IMG/VR virus record: IMGVR_UViG_3300017917_002466
Location: 186,001-250,000 of that record
Strand: one strand, 5' to 3'
DNA length: 64,000 bases
Of this stretch, positions 16,294-25,674 are shown one piece after another; within the stretch, counting starts at the first letter, position 1; the number at the start of each line of letters is the position of its first letter. A program made the position numbers and the translations under genes. A model generated the notes under the pieces. That model was given only the letters and a program-made list of their open reading frames with translations. It did no database searches and was not told the DNA's origin.

Positions 16294-17819
16294 TATTTAC
16301 CTAACTCCTTTTGAAGTCTTCCAAAAACTCCTGCGTGTTGCTTTGCAAGGGCTCCAGTAATCTTTGGCTGTTCACCCCTCTGAGCCTGCTCAATAGCATT
16401 ATTTAGAGCTTTGATTAATGAACCCCATTTCTTCTGTGCAGGTGCTTGGCCTTGTGCAATTGCTTGTTCTATTGCTTGCTCAAACTTTCCGGTAAGAGCA
16501 TCAACACTCTTTGCCAATCCTTCTGCACTTGCTTCCTGTGAAATAGGTACCTCAACATTTCCATCCTTTGGTCTGGAAACATATGCCTCAATTGCTTTCA
16601 TCAACACCTCTCTATTTCCTTGACTCTTTATAATCTTGGTAAAAAGGTCAGCTCTATCTTGACGAATTGGAACAAGTCTGGTAAACTTCTTTTTCATTTC
16701 CTCTGGAACCAATGCAAGGGCTTGTTCTCCTTTTTCGGCTGGCTTACCCTCCGCTGCATAAAGAGCAGCGAACTCGGGAGTTCCAACAACTGAAGTTAAT
16801 ATGTTTTCTAACTCTATCTGATAAGGAGTTCCTGAACCGTGAATAGGAAGGAAGATATGCTTCTTCTCTTTCTTCTTGCAATAGGAACACTTTCTACAGT
16901 CTCCCATACAATGAACCCCACGGGACACTGGTTCACCATTAAATTCCTTAAGCTCCTTCTTTTCAATCAAATCCATCACTCTGTTGAACTCTTCAAGCTC
17001 AAGAGGAACAAAGTTATTATCAAGCATAAATCCTGAACCATTTATACAAACATTGTCTCCCAAGTCTCCAATCTCTAAATCACTTCTATGTGTATATGTG
17101 TAAAGTGTAAGTGGGGCGCCCAATTTCTTAAGCTCATCACCAACTTGTTGTAACTTCTCAACATCGTTTACTTCAGCAAGCTTTGCTTTTCTTTCTTCTG
17201 GAACCCTTGCCAAAAGTTCTGGATTGGATGGAAGGTTTCTTATTTCTCCTGCTTCATTGATTCTGATGAACCTGATAGAAGGCATTACTTCGGCAATCTG
17301 TGCAATTCCCTGTGCAATTCCTCTTGCTGTCAAACAAGCCCACTGTTCTTCGTGTCTTAGGTTCTTTGCCAAAGCATCTTTCCATTGCTTCTCAAATCTA
17401 AGTGCATAACACTGACCATTCGGACCAAGCTTACAAGTTCCAAGGATTGCAGACATACAGTTACCGGCTGTTGACATATTAAGAAGAACTGTATCTCCAC
17501 CAATCTTTGCATTACCGGCGGCAACCTCAAAGTCTCTTTCAACTCCAGTCTCTGGGTCTTTCACCTTAGTTCTAAGCTTATTTGGCTTCTCTATCTTTTC
17601 TTCTTCGGAAAGATTATCAAAGTGTTCATAGGCTTCTTTAAGGCTCTTGAATATCTTGCCATCTCTTGACAATCTGATAACATCGTGTTCTATAAGCTCT
17701 GGAAGATACTTCAAAGGAATACCAATCTCAAGTTCACCCGTCTCGTTGATAGAGCAAAGGTCTAAATCAATGGGCATATAGAAAGTGTTATCTTTAAAGT
17801 AATGGTCTAAAAATCTCAT
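16293..17819 (-). CDS. Gp88-like Fe-S/radical-SAM-like protein with helical C-terminal extension; CTS-like N-terminus
   Basis: NMSTAGNCMSAILGTC...CYA, IRINEAGEI, YTYTH, CMGDCRKCSYC match the Gp88 family pattern; MRFLDHYFKD. Confidence 0.6.
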   Translation of the reverse strand: MRFLDHYFKDNTFYMPIDLDLCSINETGELEIGIPLKYLPELIEHDVIRLSRDGKIFKSLKEAYEHFDNLSEEEKIEKPNKLRTKVKDPETGVERDFEVAAGNAKIGGDTVLLNMSTAGNCMSAILGTCKLGPNGQCYALRFEKQWKDALAKNLRHEEQWACLTARGIAQGIAQIAEVMPSIRFIRINEAGEIRNLPSNPELLARVPEERKAKLAEVNDVEKLQQVGDELKKLGAPLTLYTYTHRSDLEIGDLGDNVCINGSGFMLDNNFVPLELEEFNRVMDLIEKKELKEFNGEPVSRGVHCMGDCRKCSYCKKKEKKHIFLPIHGSGTPYQIELENILTSVVGTPEFAALYAAEGKPAEKGEQALALVPEEMKKKFTRLVPIRQDRADLFTKIIKSQGNREVLMKAIEAYVSRPKDGNVEVPISQEASAEGLAKSVDALTGKFEQAIEQAIAQGQAPAQKKWGSLIKALNNAIEQAQRGEQPKITGALAKQHAGVFGRLQKELGK

Positions 17820-17822
17820 AAT

Positions 17823-18011
17823 TCATTCCTTTTGTATTGATGAAACTTCTGCTTTGGTTACTTGTTTCTTTTTCTTTCTTGCTTTATTTTCTGCTTCCTT
17901 TGCATTCTTGGCTTGTAAAAATCCAACTTTTGGTTTTCCTTTTTCAACGTAAGAAACTTTATATGTTAAATCTTTCTGAAAAGATTCTAAAAAATATTCT
18001 AAAAATGACAT
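17823..18011 (-). CDS. Small basic protein; CTS-like N-terminus
   Basis: MSFLEYFLES; TATAAATA at 18062-18069. Confidence 0.65.
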   Translation of the reverse strand: MSFLEYFLESFQKDLTYKVSYVEKGKPKVGFLQAKNAKEAENKARKKKKQVTKAEVSSIQKE

Positions 18012-18027
18012 TAGCTAACTATTCCAT

Positions 18028-19212
18028 TTAAGTTTTTAAATTATAATCAGTCTTATTATAGTATTTATAAATATTTCCTTCATAATTTTTGAGCAAAATA
18101 CTTTCATTTTCATAACCAACCACATAATCAGGATTGATTGGGATTTTACCTCCACCACCGGGAGCATCAATAACAAATTGAGGAATTGCGTATCCTGTAG
18201 TATAGCCCCTTAAACTTTTAATAATTTCAACTCCTTGAGATATAGGTACTTTAAAATGAAATCCTCCTTTTATTAAATCCATAGAATAAATATAATATGG
18301 TTTAATTCTTATTTTAAGTAAGTCTTTCATTAAGTTTCCCATTGTTTCAACATTATCGTTTATATCTTTTAAAAGAACTGTTTGACTGCCCAAAGGAATT
18401 CCAATATTAGCCAATTTATTACAAGCGATTGAAACTTCTTTAGTTAATTCATCCGGGTGAGTGAAATGAATACTCATATATAATGGATGATATTTTTTTA
18501 ATACTTTTAATAAACCTGAAGTTATTCTTTGTGGCAGAACTACTGGTACTTTAGTTCCAATTCTTATAATCTCAACGTGTTTTATTTTTCTAATTTTATT
18601 TAAAAGATTATCTATAATTTCATCTGAAAAAGTTAAAAAATCTCCTCCACTAAGTAAAACATCACGAACTTCTTTATGTCTTTGAATATATTCAATTGCT
18701 AAATCCCAATCTTTAATATTAGGAATTTCATCAAAATCATTACAATTAATCATTCTTGATCGAGTGCAATATCTACATCTTGCGGCACAAAAATGAGTAG
18801 TTAAAAATAAAACTCTATCTGGATATTTATGAACTAATCCCGGAATAACCATATCCGAGTCTTCGTCTAACGGATCGTCTAACTCTTCCGGTCTATTTTC
18901 CATTTCTTCAATTACAGGAATAACAGTCTTCCTAAGAGGATAATCAATTCCTTTATTATAAATCAGATTTAAAACATAAGGAGTAATTGAAATATTTGCT
19001 CCTTTTTTAAAGGCTTGAATTTCTTTTTCAGAAAGTTGAATAAATTTTTGAATTTGACTATAAGAAATAATCCTATTTCTTATTTGCCATTTCCAATCAT
19101 TCCATTCTTTTTTTGAAGCATTCAATTTTTTGATAAAATAATTTTTATAATTACTACCCGAAGGCTCTTCTTTGTCTGAGGAATATTCTTCCAATTTTTT
19201 ATTCTCTGGCAT
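18028..19212 (-). CDS. kamA: Lysine 2,3-aminomutase family radical SAM enzyme
   Basis: WNDWKWQIRNRI, GLVHKYPDRVL, CAARCRYC, LLSGGD, DAPGGGGKIP (PLP lysine). Confidence 0.9.
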   Translation of the reverse strand: MPENKKLEEYSSDKEEPSGSNYKNYFIKKLNASKKEWNDWKWQIRNRIISYSQIQKFIQLSEKEIQAFKKGANISITPYVLNLIYNKGIDYPLRKTVIPVIEEMENRPEELDDPLDEDSDMVIPGLVHKYPDRVLFLTTHFCAARCRYCTRSRMINCNDFDEIPNIKDWDLAIEYIQRHKEVRDVLLSGGDFLTFSDEIIDNLLNKIRKIKHVEIIRIGTKVPVVLPQRITSGLLKVLKKYHPLYMSIHFTHPDELTKEVSIACNKLANIGIPLGSQTVLLKDINDNVETMGNLMKDLLKIRIKPYYIYSMDLIKGGFHFKVPISQGVEIIKSLRGYTTGYAIPQFVIDAPGGGGKIPINPDYVVGYENESILLKNYEGNIYKYYNKTDYNLKT

Positions 19213-19239
19213 TTAAATAATTCTCTTTCTCCTATTTTA

Positions 19240-19269
19240 TTATTTGAAATAGTGATCTAAAAATCTTAA
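19240..19269 (-). pseudogene. Orphan copy of the N-terminal tag of the Gp88-like gene
   Basis: Encodes LRFLDHYFK*; differs from ATG AGA TTT TTA GAC CAT TAC TTT AAA (17793-17819) only at synonymous positions after codon 1. Confidence 0.65.
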
Positions 19270-19280
19270 CTTAATTAATT

Positions 19281-19508
19281 TTATTTCTTATTATATTCAT
19301 GTAATTGTCTAAGAGCAATTTCTGCGTTTGAAAAGCTTGTGTGCCAATTAGTAGTTAAACCACATGGACACGAATATCTATAATTTTGACCATACTTATC
19401 TTTTTCTTTTTTAATTTCTGGTTTAGCTTTATTATGGCATGAACTATATACAACACTTGGAATAGATTCTTTATTAATTTTTTCTTTTAAATATTCTTGA
19501 AAACTCAT
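19281..19508 (-). CDS. Small Cys/His protein; CTS-like N-terminus
   Basis: MSFQEYLKE; CH...CPCG. Confidence 0.65.
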   Translation of the reverse strand: MSFQEYLKEKINKESIPSVVYSSCHNKAKPEIKKEKDKYGQNYRYSCPCGLTTNWHTSFSNAEIALRQLHEYNKK

Positions 19509-19723
19509 TTAATTTTTCCTTGATTAAAATTTTTATTTATATGTTTATTTATTCTTTGTGCTATTGCGTGAAAGTCAATTCCCCAATCATCTTGTTTTCT
19601 ACCAATGAAAGTCTTTTCTTTCTTAGTTCCAGTAGTATCATCAACTTCAAAATAGTAATTATGGAAGTCTGGCGTATAGTGAAGCTTCTCGGTAGATGAG
19701 TTCTGAATCTTATCTTTCTTCAT
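19505..19723 (-). CDS. Hypothetical protein
   Basis: 72 aa; AGGA RBS; minus-strand TATAAATA at 19817-19824. Confidence 0.55.
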   Translation of the reverse strand: MKKDKIQNSSTEKLHYTPDFHNYYFEVDDTTGTKKEKTFIGRKQDDWGIDFHAIAQRINKHINKNFNQGKIK

Positions 19724-19783
19724 TCTATAACCTCAAATCCTTCATCTTTATGTAAGATTCCTATGATTTTTTCATTCTTTTTA

Positions 19784-19824
19784 TATAAATACTTATAACC
19801 AATAAACCTTTATACTTATTTATA
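19784..19824. promoter_or_regulatory. Face-to-face late promoter boxes
   Basis: TATAAATA on plus at 19784-19791 and on minus at 19817-19824. Confidence 0.55.
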
Positions 19825-19836
19825 GGAATATAAAAT

Positions 19837-20757
19837 ATGAAAAAACTTACTCAAAAAGAAGTCATTAAAAAATTTCAAAATATTCATAATACAAAGTATG
19901 ATTATAGTCTTGTTGATTATTCAAATGCTCATACTAAAATCTGTATTATTTGTCCGGAACACGGTGAATTTTGGCAAGAGCCAAATAGTCACTGGACTGG
20001 TTGTGGTTGCCCCAAATGTAAATCCGAAAAATTATCCTTAACATTTATTTCTAATCAAACGGATTTCGTTAATAAAGCCCTTAAAGTTCATAAAAAGTTT
20101 ATTTATGATAAAGTTCAGTATATCAATAGTCAAACTAAAGTTTGTATTATTTGTCCAGAACACGGTGAATTTTGGCAAACTCCATCCAAACATCTTTTCG
20201 GACAAGGATGTTCTAAATGTTCTAATATTATTAATTCAAACCAATTAAAATCCAATAAAGAAGAATTTATTAAAAAAGCTCAAAATAAACATAAACATCT
20301 TTATGAATACGATGTTGTTAAATATATTAATGCTTTGACTAAAGTCTGTATTATTTGTCCAGAACACGGTGAATTTTGGCAAACTCCAGCAAACCATTTA
20401 AGTGGTCAAGGATGTCCATTTTGTAAAAAATCTAAAGGCGAAAAACAAATTGAACAATGGCTTAAAGAAAATAGTATAGATTTTATACCACAAAAAAGAT
20501 TTGAAGATTGTAAAAATATTTACCGACTATCGTTTGATTTTTATATTCCTAGTCTCAATTTTTGTATTGAATACGATGGTCAACAACATTTTAAACCAAC
20601 CGGATTTGGTGGAAATCCCCAAGAAAAATTTCAAAGAACTATTGAAAACGATAGAATTAAAAATAATTACTGTCAACACAAAAATATTAAATTACTAAGA
20701 ATTTCTTATAAAGAACTTAAAAAGATAAAAGAAATTTTAAAAACCAAATTGCTTTAA
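19837..20757 (+). mobile_element. Free-standing putative homing endonuclease: three DUF723-like Zn repeats plus PD-(D/E)XK nuclease
   Basis: 3x KxCIICPEHGEFWQxPxxHxxGxGCxxC; FDFY...IEYDGQQH; antisense; overlaps the stop of 20737-21267. Confidence 0.88.
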
Positions 20758-21267
20758 CTGTTTAATTGTATTTTCAGCATTCTGGTGGTGTATGCCAATA
20801 CCGTCTCCGCGATTTATCCAGTCCATTATTTTCTTTTCGTAATCATCTATTAAAATACTATTCGTATCTGCATACTTGAACTTATCTTTCTCAAAAATAA
20901 AAGGAACTTTCGGTCCTAGTTCTCTTTTAATCCAAATCTCTTTTCCAGTTTTACTTGCTTTACTTTTTGCAGGGGTTGTAAGGATAGTTGGATTGTGCTT
21001 CTTTACATAATTCCAAAGCTTTCTACCATCATCCATCCAAGGCATTTCACTCCAAAATTCAACTCCACCACTATTAATAAGTTTCCAAAGAGCCTCGGTA
21101 CCATACTTATCTTCAAATTTCTTAGGAGAAAGACCTTTAGTCTGTTCCTTTCCGAAACTACTAAAAGCCTTTTCAAAGTCATTAATAGTTCCATCCATAT
21201 CAACATAGATTTTAAACTCTTTGCCTTTGTTACTTTCAAATAAACCAATCTGTTCTAGAATACCCAT
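20737..21267 (-). CDS. HAD-family 5'(3')-deoxyribonucleotidase
   Basis: YVDMDG, ILT, K, ILIDD HAD motifs. Confidence 0.88.
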   Translation of the reverse strand: MGILEQIGLFESNKGKEFKIYVDMDGTINDFEKAFSSFGKEQTKGLSPKKFEDKYGTEALWKLINSGGVEFWSEMPWMDDGRKLWNYVKKHNPTILTTPAKSKASKTGKEIWIKRELGPKVPFIFEKDKFKYADTNSILIDDYEKKIMDWINRGDGIGIHHQNAENTIKQLKQFGF

Positions 21268-21656
21268 TATGTGTTTCCTTTTGCAAAATAAGCTGATAAC
21301 TGAGACAAATCCATTGGCTCACATTCATCTGGTGGTTCTTTTGAAATAGATGAATCTGGCTTATATCCATTCGGGAAATTCTTTTTCATTATGTAATCAA
21401 GGTAGTCGGGAAATCTTGCTTCAAGTTTCTTTATGATTTCTTCTTCGTTCTTTGCAGTAAAAGTATTCCTTGCGTTTGGAACATTTTGGGGAATAGTAAA
21501 CATAAAAGTAATCTCTTGCCAACCATTTAGGATAAGCCCAAAACGATCTGCAAGCCTTTGACCAAATAAAACACAAGATTTATCTTTTTGTGTATCAATT
21601 GGCTCTCTAAGACTAATTGACTTTTCTGATAAGTAGAAATCCGAAAATAAAATCAT
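21267..21656 (-). CDS. Hypothetical protein; CTS-like N-terminus
   Basis: MILFSDFYLSE. Confidence 0.65.
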   Translation of the reverse strand: MILFSDFYLSEKSISLREPIDTQKDKSCVLFGQRLADRFGLILNGWQEITFMFTIPQNVPNARNTFTAKNEEEIIKKLEARFPDYLDYIMKKNFPNGYKPDSSISKEPPDECEPMDLSQLSAYFAKGNT

Positions 21657-21699
21657 TATAATATTCCTCTTTTAGTCAAACGCAGTATACTCTAAATTT

Positions 21700-22062
21700 T
21701 TATTCTACTTCTGATCCTCTTATTTTTGCAAATCCAATAGTAGGACTATCAGATTTAATAGCACTAACACTTCCATATCCCAATTCATCTCTTATAGAAT
21801 CTCTATTAACAAATTGAAATTTACCAAGATTTTCTTTTACTTTTGGGTAAATATCTCTTAAAAACTTTCCTTTCATTATAAAAATACCAGTATTACTGGC
21901 TTCAACCCATTCAACTTCACCATTTCTAGCATAATTAATATTAAGAAATTTACGTGAATTTCCTTCCTTTTCACGATCCATACTAACAACAGCTATATAA
22001 GAAGCTAAATCGGCTACTTGTGCTCTTGTCAACATTTCTTTAAGAATCTCCAAAAATGCCAT
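21700..22062 (-). CDS. Hypothetical protein; CTS-like N-terminus
   Basis: Start 22062 after GGAGG RBS; MAFLEILKE. Confidence 0.65.
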   Translation of the reverse strand: MAFLEILKEMLTRAQVADLASYIAVVSMDREKEGNSRKFLNINYARNGEVEWVEASNTGIFIMKGKFLRDIYPKVKENLGKFQFVNRDSIRDELGYGSVSAIKSDSPTIGFAKIRGSEVE

Positions 22063-22101
22063 AATATATCCTCCCATTGAAGTTATAGTTCATTATTAAC
22101 T

Positions 22102-22130
22102 ATTATAATATAATTATTTATAGTTATCAA
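22102..22130 (-). promoter_or_regulatory. Nested sigma70-like and late promoter
   Basis: TTGATA-17-TATAAT with TATAAATA (22115-22122) in the spacer. Confidence 0.6.
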
Positions 22131-22160
22131 TAGAAGATATTGTGAAGATTATCAAAAAAG

Positions 22161-23825
22161 TTAGGCTTTAAACTTAAGCATATAATTTGGAAAGTTTTCT
22201 AACATTTGATGGTTGCGGCAATATATTATATCAAAGAAGTCGTCCCAAAGCGGTTGTGTCTTTTTCCAGCTAAAGTTTTCTTCTACAAACCATCTATTTC
22301 TAATACCAACATCCCTTCTAAGAATTGGATTTTTGAAAAGAATATTAAGCTTTTCATTAGCTTGTTTAACCACTTCTTTCTCTGGGTTAGCATCAACTAT
22401 CCATTCTTTATCAAGTAACATACTCAAACATCCAACATTTGTAGCAACAACTGGTAATCCCATTGCCATTGCTTCTAAAACTACTCTTGGAATGCATTCT
22501 GTTATACTCAATAAAATAAGAACGTCAATAGATTGATAAAAATTCTTCATATGATCTTGGGTTTGCTGTACCCAAAACTTTTGGCCCCAATCACTTTTCT
22601 GTATTACTGGAAAATTAAGCTTATCAAATAAATAAGTTCTTTTAAGTGGGATTGGACTTCCTGCATATCCTACGTTGAATCTATTTGAATTAAAAGAAGA
22701 ATTTGATTTAAAGTAATCAGTATCAACTGATTCAGGAAGAAAGATTGTTGGACAGTCATATTTTTCTTTTGCATAATTATATGTCTCTGGGGAGATTGTA
22801 GCAATAACATCTGCATACTGATAGGTTGCACTCACAAGTCCACCATAACCTCCAATAACTGGAATACCTTTATCTTTACATTTTTGAATTAATTCATCAT
22901 TAATGCTTCTTGGAGCCATATCAGGGCCGTGGAAATATATTACATCAACATCATCAAGACTCATATTAAATTCAGTATACTTTTGTAATATAATATTATG
23001 CCTTGTAAATTTTTGTTGCTCTTTTCCAAGATAATAATAAGCCCATCCCCATTGGTCAATAACTTTAACAACATTAAGCTTCTTATCATCATTCATAAAA
23101 GTCTCCATCCTTATCAATTCTTTCTTCTTACCAAGAGTATAATCCTTTTCTTTATGTTCTATTTCTTCTTTAATTATACTTGTATAGGCTCCCAATAAAG
23201 CATAAAGGTTATTTTTGGTAGGATTCTTTTTCAGAATATTCCAAAGCTTAAGAGGAACTCTTTCTAACCAATTATACTTAAACTCTTTGTATTTCTCCAT
23301 CAAATTATAGTATCTTTCAAAAATAGTTTCATCAGTCCAATTTGGACTATGATCGCCAACAATTTTTTGCTTAGTAATAAAAGTATATCCATCTCTTTTC
23401 ATTCTATCAGTCTGTTCAACTTCACAGGATAAACAAGATAGATTATATGGATACTTCTTAAATATATCGTGCTTGTAAATTTTAACTCCACAGATAGGAA
23501 AATTCAAATGAACATCTTTAAGCATAAAAGCTACCATTGAAATCTCTTTTCTTGACTTAATAATCGCATTATACATATCTTCAATGGCATTTGGATAAAG
23601 AATCATATCATCATCAACTTGCACATAGTAAGGAGTCTGACATTGATTAATCATTTGCTGGAATGCTTTTGACATTGGATGATAGTTGCTAATAGCAAAA
23701 AGTTTAAATCCAACTGACTGATTCTTTAAAGCCTCGATACAGTCTTCGTAGTTTATACTTTTATCCGTCGTAATAACAAACACTGTCAAATCATTAATAA
23801 ACTTTTTCATACTTACTTTTTCCAT
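22161..23825 (-). CDS. Bifunctional glycosyltransferase (GT-A-like plus GT-B/GT4)
   Basis: QVDDDMIL DxD motif; ECIPRVVLEAMAMGLPVVATNVG. Confidence 0.85.
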   Translation of the reverse strand: MEKVSMKKFINDLTVFVITTDKSINYEDCIEALKNQSVGFKLFAISNYHPMSKAFQQMINQCQTPYYVQVDDDMILYPNAIEDMYNAIIKSRKEISMVAFMLKDVHLNFPICGVKIYKHDIFKKYPYNLSCLSCEVEQTDRMKRDGYTFITKQKIVGDHSPNWTDETIFERYYNLMEKYKEFKYNWLERVPLKLWNILKKNPTKNNLYALLGAYTSIIKEEIEHKEKDYTLGKKKELIRMETFMNDDKKLNVVKVIDQWGWAYYYLGKEQQKFTRHNIILQKYTEFNMSLDDVDVIYFHGPDMAPRSINDELIQKCKDKGIPVIGGYGGLVSATYQYADVIATISPETYNYAKEKYDCPTIFLPESVDTDYFKSNSSFNSNRFNVGYAGSPIPLKRTYLFDKLNFPVIQKSDWGQKFWVQQTQDHMKNFYQSIDVLILLSITECIPRVVLEAMAMGLPVVATNVGCLSMLLDKEWIVDANPEKEVVKQANEKLNILFKNPILRRDVGIRNRWFVEENFSWKKTQPLWDDFFDIIYCRNHQMLENFPNYMLKFKA

Positions 23826-24664
23826 TTTCTAAACTTATTATGAATTATCATTGCAATATCATTATAGTCCGTACATTTAAGAATTGAGGATTCCCAATAA
23901 TCTTCAATTGGGTTTCTAAGTATAGAAAGCAATTCTTGCTTATTTGAGAAGACTGGAATGTTTAATCTATCAATCATACATTTTGGAAGAAAATTAGGCG
24001 GAGTACAAATCCTCGTTCCCCTACACGCCATATCAATTACTCCATAAGCATAACTTTCTTTATGAGTAATGATATAGGTTTCAATAAATTCGGTATTCTT
24101 CAAATAAGTTTCATAGTCTGAATAAAAGATAGGATTCTCAAAAAGCTTAATATTATTTTCTTCCCCTTTGAAACGAATCATTCTATAGAACTTATATCCT
24201 TCATCCAACAATTCTTCTACAGCGATTTCAATTTGATATGTCCAATCATCAAAAGTATTAAGATATTTTTCCCAGTAATGATCTATAAGGATAGTCTTCT
24301 TATCTTTTTCTGTTGGGAATAAAACTTTCTTATCAGCTGGTAATGGAATAACAGTATAATTTTCAGAAGATTCATCGCCATTAAAAAGAAAAGAATGGTC
24401 TAGAAAAGGAAATATGCACTCCATCAAAGAACAAACTTTAAGACATTGAGTCTTATGTTTAATAATTTGGCTTTTAATATCAACTTCATCACTGAAATAA
24501 CTAACTATCAAAACAAAATCAACTTTAGGTAAATCTTGAAAATTAGTAAAAGGCGAATTAAAAACTTTAACATTCAGATTTTCAAAAGCCTTTCTAATGT
24601 TCCTTGTAATCATTTGAACACTATCATTAGCTCCTTCATCACCCATTATCAAAAGTTTGTACAT
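23813..24664 (-). CDS. Putative GT-B glycosyltransferase-like protein
   Basis: ESYAYGVIDMACRG resembles the GT4 E-x7-E region; context. Confidence 0.5.
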   Translation of the reverse strand: MYKLLIMGDEGANDSVQMITRNIRKAFENLNVKVFNSPFTNFQDLPKVDFVLIVSYFSDEVDIKSQIIKHKTQCLKVCSLMECIFPFLDHSFLFNGDESSENYTVIPLPADKKVLFPTEKDKKTILIDHYWEKYLNTFDDWTYQIEIAVEELLDEGYKFYRMIRFKGEENNIKLFENPIFYSDYETYLKNTEFIETYIITHKESYAYGVIDMACRGTRICTPPNFLPKCMIDRLNIPVFSNKQELLSILRNPIEDYWESSILKCTDYNDIAMIIHNKFRKWKK

Positions 24665-24666
24665 AC

Positions 24667-25104
24667 TTATAGCCCTATAAATTGTTTCATATGGTTAACG
24701 AATAATTCGTGTCTTTCTATGTCTCTGGGTAGTTCGTTCAACTTCCTAACAACTTTTGCAGGATTGCCTACCACCAATGAATTATCGGGGATTGGATGAG
24801 CCTTGGTAACAACAGTTCTCGCTCCAATCACGCAATTATTACCAATGACTGCACCGGGACAAATGAAAGCACCATATCCAATATAACAATTATCCCCAAT
24901 AGTTACTGGAAGCCAATCTAATGGGTAGCCGTGACATAACACAACAGCTTCAGATGCTATCATAGTACAAGTACCAATTGTTATAAGTTCAGGTCTTGTT
25001 CCCGGCCCAATATCTAATCTTCCAAATATCAAAGTACCTGTTCCAATCTTTGAACCCTCTGCTCTTGCATTATCCGCATTTATTATTGCTTGACTTTTAC
25101 TCAT
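24667..25104 (-). CDS. Hexapeptide-repeat O-acetyltransferase
   Basis: VTIGDNCYIGYGAFI...VVGNPAKV. Confidence 0.9.
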   Translation of the reverse strand: MSKSQAIINADNARAEGSKIGTGTLIFGRLDIGPGTRPELITIGTCTMIASEAVVLCHGYPLDWLPVTIGDNCYIGYGAFICPGAVIGNNCVIGARTVVTKAHPIPDNSLVVGNPAKVVRKLNELPRDIERHELFVNHMKQFIGL

Positions 25105-25107
25105 TTA

Positions 25108-25674
25108 TTAACTCCTGTATGCTAAAGCAATTCCCACTAAATGTCCATCACCTTCTATATATCTTGTCGGAAAATTCAAAATGTTCCAACCGTCTTCTTT
25201 GAATTTCTTAAAATAGAATGATTCAGCTAAACTAGAATCGTGGAACATAATCAGATTGGAAAAGTTTTTACAGTTATTATAATCAGCAATAATAGCTTCA
25301 TCTGAATGATCTCCGTCAATAAATATCAAATCCACCTTTCCTATCTTTTCAAAGAGCTTTGGAATCTCTACTTTAGAATCTCCTTGTATCATATTAATGT
25401 ACCAATCAAATCCAGCCTTTTGAAAATTGGATTGTGCTACTACTTTCATATCAGCCTGAATCCAACTATCTACTGAATAGATTTTTGGAATCTTCTTATT
25501 ATCAAGAATGGCTTGACAAAAGGTAATTGAGGAGCCTCCCTTATGAGTTCCTATCTCTACAACCTTTTCAACTTGGAAAGTCCTTGCAATAGTGTACATC
25601 ACATCATAACACTGATTGGAACTTCCAAGGTTTCTATCCCTATTGATTTCATCTAATACTGCATTGATTTTCAT
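25108..25674 (-). CDS. Class I SAM methyltransferase (Methyltransf_24-like)
   Basis: VEIGTHKGGS; DLIFIDGDH; HD. Confidence 0.85.
   Translation of the reverse strand: MKINAVLDEINRDRNLGSSNQCYDVMYTIARTFQVEKVVEIGTHKGGSSITFCQAILDNKKIPKIYSVDSWIQADMKVVAQSNFQKAGFDWYINMIQGDSKVEIPKLFEKIGKVDLIFIDGDHSDEAIIADYNNCKNFSNLIMFHDSSLAESFYFKKFKEDGWNILNFPTRYIEGDGHLVGIALAYRS

Noticed and set aside
19940-20390. Three ~36-bp near-identical repeats separated by unique sequence (array-like or DGR-like)
   Set aside because: They encode the repeated CPEHGEFWQ Zn modules of the endonuclease; no reverse transcriptase and no adenine-specific variation
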